Source: an uncultured Gammaproteobacteria bacterium
Lineage (GTDB): Bacteria > Patescibacteriota > Patescibacteriia > JACRDY01
Assembly (NCBI GenBank): GCA_964550465.1
Contig: CAZJZH010000001.1
Location: 107-64,106, forward strand
Direction: 5' to 3'
DNA length: 64,000 nt
Shown: positions 58,004-64,000 of the stretch, piece after piece
How the letters are laid out: every line of letters begins with the position of its first letter
How positions within the stretch are numbered: the first letter of the stretch is position 1
Made by a program: the position numbers and the translations under genes
Notes under the pieces: model-generated
Told to the model about the DNA's origin: nothing
The model's input: the letters and a program-made list of their open reading frames with translations, nothing else
Database searches by the model: none

Positions 58004-61000
58004 TTATAGCTCAGCGTCTGGGGGTAGGATGACAATGTAGCCGTCATACGTCGCCCAGTTTCCTTGATTAGCATCACACGCGGTTTGATCTTGATCAAAC
58101 AAACACGCGTCACCCCCACAGCCACTATCACCACAAACTTGCCAGTTATCAATCACTTGAACTCGTGGTTGTAAAGTATTGCATGGGCCATCATAGTCGC
58201 CCCAATCCGGATCATCATCTGCAATAAATGGACTACAATCAGCTCGATAGACTGAATTACCAGTAAAGTTCTTCGTATTCCCCGCATTACTGGATGCTGT
58301 AGTATAGGCATGTGAGAAGAGTACCTCAAAGTATGCTTCTCGACAGGCCCCATTAGGATTTTCCCCATAATTACTGCTGCCGTCCGTACACTCCTGACGA
58401 ATATTTGCATACGCATCAGACGGGTCATCGCCAAAGGTTCTATCGAGCAGCGCGGTAGGAATATCTGACGTCTGATCATAGCCATCACCCGTATAGTCAA
58501 CACGGAATCGACGGAGCGGCAATTGCTGACCATTTTCATTATAGGCAAAGAAGTGAATATTTCCCCAGAAAAGATCTGTTTTAATGATTGGCCAACCATC
58601 GCCCCGGCCAGCTCGGAAGTCGATCGAAATATGCTCAGAGTCCCCCTGCTCTAACCCCTCGGCGCCACGAGCAATAACCTCAGTAATAACCGGCGCTTGG
58701 CCCAGTACATCACGGTCATCGTACGGCCCTTGGAGTGCGCTTGTTTTCTGCTCCCAGTCATCACCAACTTCATCTTGGCGCCACACACTAAATGCTTTGG
58801 CAAACAACCGACCGATACGGTTAAACCCTTGAGAGAAGTACGATTCATTCGTTCCAAGAGCAGATGTATTGTACCCAACACATCTACCACCACCACTATA
58901 ACAAGCCTCTAGGGCACTATCTGTGTCACAGTTTTCACCCTCTGCCTTGCCACCAAAACAGAAGCTACCTTGGCAATAAGCCGTAGCCAGCCCTTCACAG
59001 GCATATGGCCCGCCAGCCGTGAATACATTCTGCGCTTGATCATGATAGTCAATCACCTCATAAAACTGGTTGTCTGGAACTCCGCTACCACCAGGACGAT
59101 AAGTCCGGTCTGAGTCAGCCTTGAAAGCCCCATAAAAATCATAATAATCCCGTAAGGCGTGTGGCACAGCGCCACCAATAGTATAATCAGCACTAAGCAC
59201 GTCCGTAAAGAAGTGGTTTGTATATATAGCCGCGTGGTCATCCCAGTCATCAATATCGGTAGCTGCTTCTTTAGCGAATTGAGCTAGCGTTGAGCACTGT
59301 TCCTTGTAAACAATAAACGGCCGCAGGGTAATCTTACCATTTCTGTTTGCTTTCGTATCAAGACACCCGTCAGTTCCTCGGCTACCAGCATCATTTGTAC
59401 TATGAATAACGCCAAATCGGAATCTGTCGAGCTGTCCATCGTCATCCCAATACACATTAATCTTAAAGCCATTTTCTTTATTGCCCCGCACATCATCACT
59501 AAAACTATTACCAAACGGGTTAGCAAAAGACTGGTCACCCTCATTCCATAAACGCTGATTGTATGTCCAGCGGGTGTTACTGCTATTGTATGCGTAGGCT
59601 TGATCTAACCAACCGTTGCCAGGGTTATTCCCTGACACCTCTGTTGGGTACCAAATATCCCAACCGCCGCTGGTGGGTTCGTGAAGATCATGCTTATTCG
59701 TATACAGCAACTCTCTATCCGCCGGATCAGCAATAAACACCGCTGCGAACCCGTTCTCAACTCCCTCAACTCCGTCTAACTCAACATTGAGATAGTTCTT
59801 GGGCAACGGGTTCTGTGGCAGTGCCGGTCGTGCGCCCTCACCCTTATCTGGAAATGCACTACTAATACACTCCACTTCTTGGAAGTAGATAGCCAGCACC
59901 TCGTCTCGGTGAATATTGCCGATACGAGCATTGTTAGATGGCTCAACCGATAGTCGACAGTAAGTGAAGTCCTCCTCCTTTTTAACTGGCGTCAGACGAA
60001 TATCACCCACCTTAGCCCACTCCGCGATAATTGGCTGAGTATCATAGGTTGGTTGACCAAATAGGTCGTATCCTGTCACTCGCTTTGTTTTACCTATCTG
60101 CGTAGTATTATCGATTGGACCATATACCCAGCCGTAGTTTTCATCATCATCGCCACTGGAAGGAGGTTGGTTGCTATTACAGAAATCACAATTACCACCG
60201 CTCTCTCCACAGTCATTTTTATCTTCAACACGGACAACACTCCATGGCCCCGGCGCAGCATTGTCATCTGGACCACGAGGCTCTAGACCACTGTCTCGTT
60301 CCCAAAACCAATCAGCATCTTCACGCGTTACCCCCAGTCGATTAGCATTGGCCATAGCAATCGGACTAGCATCAGATCGCTCATAAAAGTATGGGCCATT
60401 GCCTTTTTGCGCCAAACAGTAGTTAAGCTCTTTTCCTTCTATTAGTGCTGTATAGTCAACTGTTGGATCACTCTGGAAGGCATCATTTTCACCACGTAGC
60501 TGATCAAGCGGCATCCAAGTCAAGCATGGGTGCTTGTCAGCCTTTCCTTCAATAGTTCGACTCTCTAAGTATTCTATGCAGTAGCCTCGCCACCCTAGAC
60601 GGACTTGTTTTTCTGTTGGCTTGACACACACATCATGTTCACTTGGTGTCCGAGTCCTTTGCTCAGTATCACGATTTATGTACAAGTCTTCAGCGCCCTC
60701 TCCATCTTCAATATAAATCGGTTCATTAGGCTGTAACATACAGTCGCCATCTCTGTTACAAGGGTCTCCAATTCGAGCAATAGCGCCGGTGATAGAATTA
60801 CCTGCTTCACCGTCTGCGTCTGCGCAAAAGTAATCTCCTTCCCAAGCGGAATCAACATCATTTAGATCATGTGGGAAATACCCCCGACTACCACCAGTGC
60901 TCCATTTTTCATAGCTACACTCACACACATCACCATCCAGCCCGCAGGTCGAAGCATCAGTGTAATACGGATTTTGCCCGTCATAAACTACGCGATCAAA

Positions 61001-64000
61001 TGGGGCGTCGTTATCGGCGTACCCACGACACTGCTTACCGACAGGATCATCCCATTGCCCCACGCCCACACCAAGCACTTCCCGAGCGCCACTACCAGCA
61101 GGAACAAAGGTTAATCCATAATCAGCGCCATCAAAATCACAGGTTGGATCACTGCCACCACAACTATCATCAATACACGGCGTTCCATCACTACACTGCC
61201 CAATGAGCTGTTCTCGCAATGACCAAGCTGGGTAGAGACCTGGAATCGAATACCCGGAGTATTCATAGCCATCCCATCCCAATGAACGGTTCAAATACTT
61301 ATTGATATCTAGGACGCTCCGAGTATCGCGCGCGGCATCACTGGTAACACCCTCACCCCACACTACCGGATCACCAAAGCCTGCTTCATAGCCTGGTGCT
61401 GTCCCATAGAGCTCTTCAATGGCTGGAGGGATTGGTGTTTCATCGCTACACAGAAGCGCGCTCGTGCTACTGGCATCGGGCACAGCGGTACATGAATGAG
61501 TACCAAGACACACTCGACGTAATTCTCCACTGTTTGGATCGGAAATAGCCACGGAGTTATTACACCCTATCCACTCGGCACAAACACGGTCACGACGAAC
61601 AGCAATCATATCATTACTGTCGTTTTGACGATCCGCGCCATCTTCATCTCTACAGTACTGAGAAACATCACCCGTAACCGAACAATTCAGTGGTGGTACT
61701 TGGATATCGTTGTTTTCTTCACTACGCTGATAGGTAGCAACGGCACTGAAGGTCAGGTCAGCTTGCCACTGTTCTTCACCCCCGCCAATGGTAATATCAG
61801 CGTTTTGATAATCAAACTTACCGCGATTTTCGAACAAGACACAACCTTCTTTGAGTGAAGCGCCGTTGCGACAACTATCACGATCAATCAAATCATTGTC
61901 GATGAAGTAGTAGTGATTATTATCATTAAAGGTATCACCATTCGGATCAATAAACTCGGTACAACCGCTTTCATCATCTGGGCACAGCGTGGCTTGTGAG
62001 CGTACATTGCGTGGATTACCACAGCCATTATCGTCAACGCCAGGCTTGAGTGTACAGAGGTCATTATCTTCACTGCCAGCTACCACCCAACAGCTTTGAC
62101 TACCGCCAATATCACGGAAGACACATTCACCTGGACTGTTGTAGGTTGGCCGGGTTGGGTCACCAAAGTAGGCTGGATTTAAGCCATCGGCATCACTAGC
62201 AAAGTTTTCACAACTATGGTGCTGTGGCGCGCAGAGAATACTGTCGTATTGGTTTGGATTGTCTTTGAGATAGACTGGCTCAGCGGCAAAAACGAAGTCG
62301 TAGTCCACATCAAAACTGACATCACCAACACTTGGATCGTTGAAATATGGCGTATCCCCCTTGTACACAGTAGCCTGCCAGTCGATTGGGCTCACCGCCT
62401 GACAACCAGCATCAGCTGCTTGACAGGTATACTCTGGACGGTTAACCAAATAGACAAACTGGTCAGCTGGTACCTGTACTCCGCCACTCATGTTGTACTC
62501 CGCGTTATACGAAATATCGCCAGCGTAATTATAGTCATCAAGGTAATATTCCAAACCAGCAGTGTCATCGGTGGCAATAAATGTACACTCTGTTCCTCCT
62601 TGAGGTACCGTGCAAGCGTCAAAGGTCCCCCCACCAGACTGTGGCGATAACTGTGCCAGACACGTACACCCACCTGCCTCTGTACAAATAGCTGACAAAG
62701 CACAGCGGGTATTAAACGACTGGTACCATGGTGAATTCGAATTGTGCGTATCGATCACTGCCTCACAGCCAATGGCTGATTCTTCACACAAGCGGGTGAA
62801 CGACCGCAGATTGACGATCTGATTATTGGCATCTTGATAGGCCTCACAGCCCAGCATAAATTGTGGGGCCGGCGCACCGCTGTAGTTTTGGTCACACTGG
62901 GCTGGTGTATTCCACGAATCAGCAATCAAGAACTGAGTGTCTGTCACCTGTTCTAGTCGAACATTATCGATATAAATCTGTGATTGGCCGTCAAAGACCA
63001 GCACATCACCGTTCACATCCCAATCAACAAAGACTGGGCCAAAGCGGTAGTACTGCCAGTCAGTACCCATTGATTGATTATTGGCAAAGATACCGTCTTG
63101 ACCGCTGCCATTGAGCTCGCCACTATCACGGAAGAAAATACTGACCGTATTACCGATCTGCGCGGACTTACCCCAGAAAGTGATGGTGTATGCTTGGCCG
63201 CTGACCGGCACTTCACCGTCACCGAGCGAACGAGCTACTTGGTGACCGGCATTATTACTGCGGTATGAGTGCGCGCCAACTGAGTAGCTTTCCCCCACTA
63301 CTACGCCAGCGTACTGATTGCCACCCGGTAGGGCGCTCATGTCCCATGCGGTTGGTGTAGCCTCAAAGCCATCTTCAAAAGCTACCGCAGACGCCCCGGC
63401 ATAGTTACCCTGGTATTCGCGACAGCCCGGCTCGCTACAAGCTATACTCTGTTCCGGTGTACCGAGGTAGCGGCACTGACCAGCAAAGTCGTCCCACTGA
63501 CTAGTGCCTCCCGGCAAACTGCCACACTGTGACTCTGTTAGGTTGTAACACAAACCGTTAAATGATTGACCGCCTAGGTTGACACACAGCTGGCTAGGGA
63601 TAGCCACCGCTTGGCCAGCGCCATCAATGACGCGACACTGACTGAACAAACCGCCAGAATCTAGACAGCTGTCGCCCACACCGTCACTATTGACATCAAC
63701 TGAAGCATCATCGGTCAAGCCAACACCACCGGTCAAACGGTACGGATGACACTGACTGGTACACAGCACGGTGTCTGTCATCAAGCGGTAGCTGATTTGC
63801 CCATCAGCTGAGTAGAACTGGCGGCAATCCGGTGTGTATTCTGGATGATACCAAGTATCCCCTGGATTCTGCCCATAAAACGGCTCACAGCTGTAATTAT
63901 CACCGCCAAAGCCGGTTAGTGGCTGACCAAAGGTAGATGAATCCGCGTCTTGGTCAATGTAGACAAATTCCTCAATAGCAAATGGTTTTTGACTGTCAGT
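58004..64000 (-). CDS. giant Cys-rich extracellular protein (>=1998 aa, N-terminus beyond window edge)
   Basis: Continuous minus-strand ORF. The listed TTG start at 63784 is internal; I traced the frame open upstream to at least 63934 (...GTFPQLGFGGDNYSCEPFYGQNPGDTWYHPEYTPDCRQFYSADGQISYRLMTDTV...). More than 100 Cys. Rich in G, D, N, Y and W. The C-terminus ends ...YIVILPPDAEL. Confidence 0.7.
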   Translation of the reverse strand, partial: TDSQKPFAIEEFVYIDQDADSSTFGQPLTGFGGDNYSCEPFYGQNPGDTWYHPEYTPDCRQFYSADGQISYRLMTDTVLCTSQCHPYRLTGGVGLTDDASVDVNSDGVGDSCLDSGGLFSQCRVIDGAGQAVAIPSQLCVNLGGQSFNGLCYNLTESQCGSLPGGTSQWDDFAGQCRYLGTPEQSIACSEPGCREYQGNYAGASAVAFEDGFEATPTAWDMSALPGGNQYAGVVVGESYSVGAHSYRSNNAGHQVARSLGDGEVPVSGQAYTITFWGKSAQIGNTVSIFFRDSGELNGSGQDGIFANNQSMGTDWQYYRFGPVFVDWDVNGDVLVFDGQSQIYIDNVRLEQVTDTQFLIADSWNTPAQCDQNYSGAPAPQFMLGCEAYQDANNQIVNLRSFTRLCEESAIGCEAVIDTHNSNSPWYQSFNTRCALSAICTEAGGCTCLAQLSPQSGGGTFDACTVPQGGTECTFIATDDTAGLEYYLDDYNYAGDISYNAEYNMSGGVQVPADQFVYLVNRPEYTCQAADAGCQAVSPIDWQATVYKGDTPYFNDPSVGDVSFDVDYDFVFAAEPVYLKDNPNQYDSILCAPQHHSCENFASDADGLNPAYFGDPTRPTYNSPGECVFRDIGGSQSCWVVAGSEDNDLCTLKPGVDDNGCGNPRNVRSQATLCPDDESGCTEFIDPNGDTFNDNNHYYFIDNDLIDRDSCRNGASLKEGCVLFENRGKFDYQNADITIGGGEEQWQADLTFSAVATYQRSEENNDIQVPPLNCSVTGDVSQYCRDEDGADRQNDSNDMIAVRRDRVCAEWIGCNNSVAISDPNSGELRRVCLGTHSCTAVPDASSTSALLCSDETPIPPAIEELYGTAPGYEAGFGDPVVWGEGVTSDAARDTRSVLDINKYLNRSLGWDGYEYSGYSIPGLYPAWSLREQLIGQCSDGTPCIDDSCGGSDPTCDFDGADYGLTFVPAGSGAREVLGVGVGQWDDPVGKQCRGYADNDAPFDRVVYDGQNPYYTDASTCGLDGDVCECSYEKWSTGGSRGYFPHDLNDVDSAWEGDYFCADADGEAGNSITGAIARIGDPCNRDGDCMLQPNEPIYIEDGEGAEDLYINRDTEQRTRTPSEHDVCVKPTEKQVRLGWRGYCIEYLESRTIEGKADKHPCLTWMPLDQLRGENDAFQSDPTVDYTALIEGKELNYCLAQKGNGPYFYERSDASPIAMANANRLGVTREDADWFWERDSGLEPRGPDDNAAPGPWSVVRVEDKNDCGESGGNCDFCNSNQPPSSGDDDENYGWVYGPIDNTTQIGKTKRVTGYDLFGQPTYDTQPIIAEWAKVGDIRLTPVKKEEDFTYCRLSVEPSNNARIGNIHRDEVLAIYFQEVECISSAFPDKGEGARPALPQNPLPKNYLNVELDGVEGVENGFAAVFIADPADRELLYTNKHDLHEPTSGGWDIWYPTEVSGNNPGNGWLDQAYAYNSSNTRWTYNQRLWNEGDQSFANPFGNSFSDDVRGNKENGFKINVYWDDDGQLDRFRFGVIHSTNDAGSRGTDGCLDTKANRNGKITLRPFIVYKEQCSTLAQFAKEAATDIDDWDDHAAIYTNHFFTDVLSADYTIGGAVPHALRDYYDFYGAFKADSDRTYRPGGSGVPDNQFYEVIDYHDQAQNVFTAGGPYACEGLATAYCQGSFCFGGKAEGENCDTDSALEACYSGGGRCVGYNTSALGTNESYFSQGFNRIGRLFAKAFSVWRQDEVGDDWEQKTSALQGPYDDRDVLGQAPVITEVIARGAEGLEQGDSEHISIDFRAGRGDGWPIIKTDLFWGNIHFFAYNENGQQLPLRRFRVDYTGDGYDQTSDIPTALLDRTFGDDPSDAYANIRQECTDGSSNYGENPNGACREAYFEVLFSHAYTTASSNAGNTKNFTGNSVYRADCSPFIADDDPDWGDYDGPCNTLQPRVQVIDNWQVCGDSGCGGDACLFDQDQTACDANQGNWATYDGYIVILPPDAEL

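Overview
The window is about 50% GC and gene-dense, from a small-genome bacterium. Its gene content is of the monoderm (Gram-positive) type: a PrgI-type VirB3, a T-box leader, ClpC, and LemA with HtpX. By inference only, it resembles a Patescibacteria/Saccharibacteria-like organism; this rests on gene content alone and carries no database support. Housekeeping genes take up most of the window: rplA; a pyrimidine-deoxynucleotide operon (dCMP deaminase, thyA, DHFR, a P-loop kinase, dut, tmk); gatB; miaA; a DEAD-box helicase; thrS with a Thr-specific T-box leader; dnaE; pheS and pheT; rseP; pepD; a phosphomannomutase; lemA and an htpX-like M48 protease; clpC; a 3-methyladenine glycosylase; recG; tRNA-Arg and two tRNA-Ser; sodA; and comF. 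Two accessory regions stand out. (1) 35.0-42.0 kb (+ strand) holds three paralogous secreted proteins that share a conserved VirB2/TrbC-pilin-like two-helix core. Each carries a different C-terminal domain: a Cys-rich domain, an M23/LytM-like peptidase, and an SLT lytic transglycosylase. (2) 48.8-64.0 kb (- strand) is a tightly packed operon encoding a T4SS-like apparatus. It contains a VirB4 ATPase with a separate N-terminal-domain ORF, a PrgI/VirB3-like protein, a VirB6/TrbL-like polytopic protein with a long C-terminal extension, a Pro/Ala-rich protein, and a giant Cys-rich protein of at least 1,998 aa that runs off the window edge. No relaxase or VirD4 is present in this window. A tRNA-Ser hotspot at 46.1-47.0 kb carries three copies of a roughly 87-nt repeat that begins with the first 13 nt of tRNA-Ser, together with an AT-rich GIY-YIG gene. 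A GC-rich two-gene islet lies at 8.0-8.95 kb. A GC-rich, structured intergenic segment with a hairpin family lies at 10.7-11.07 kb. No CRISPR array was seen.
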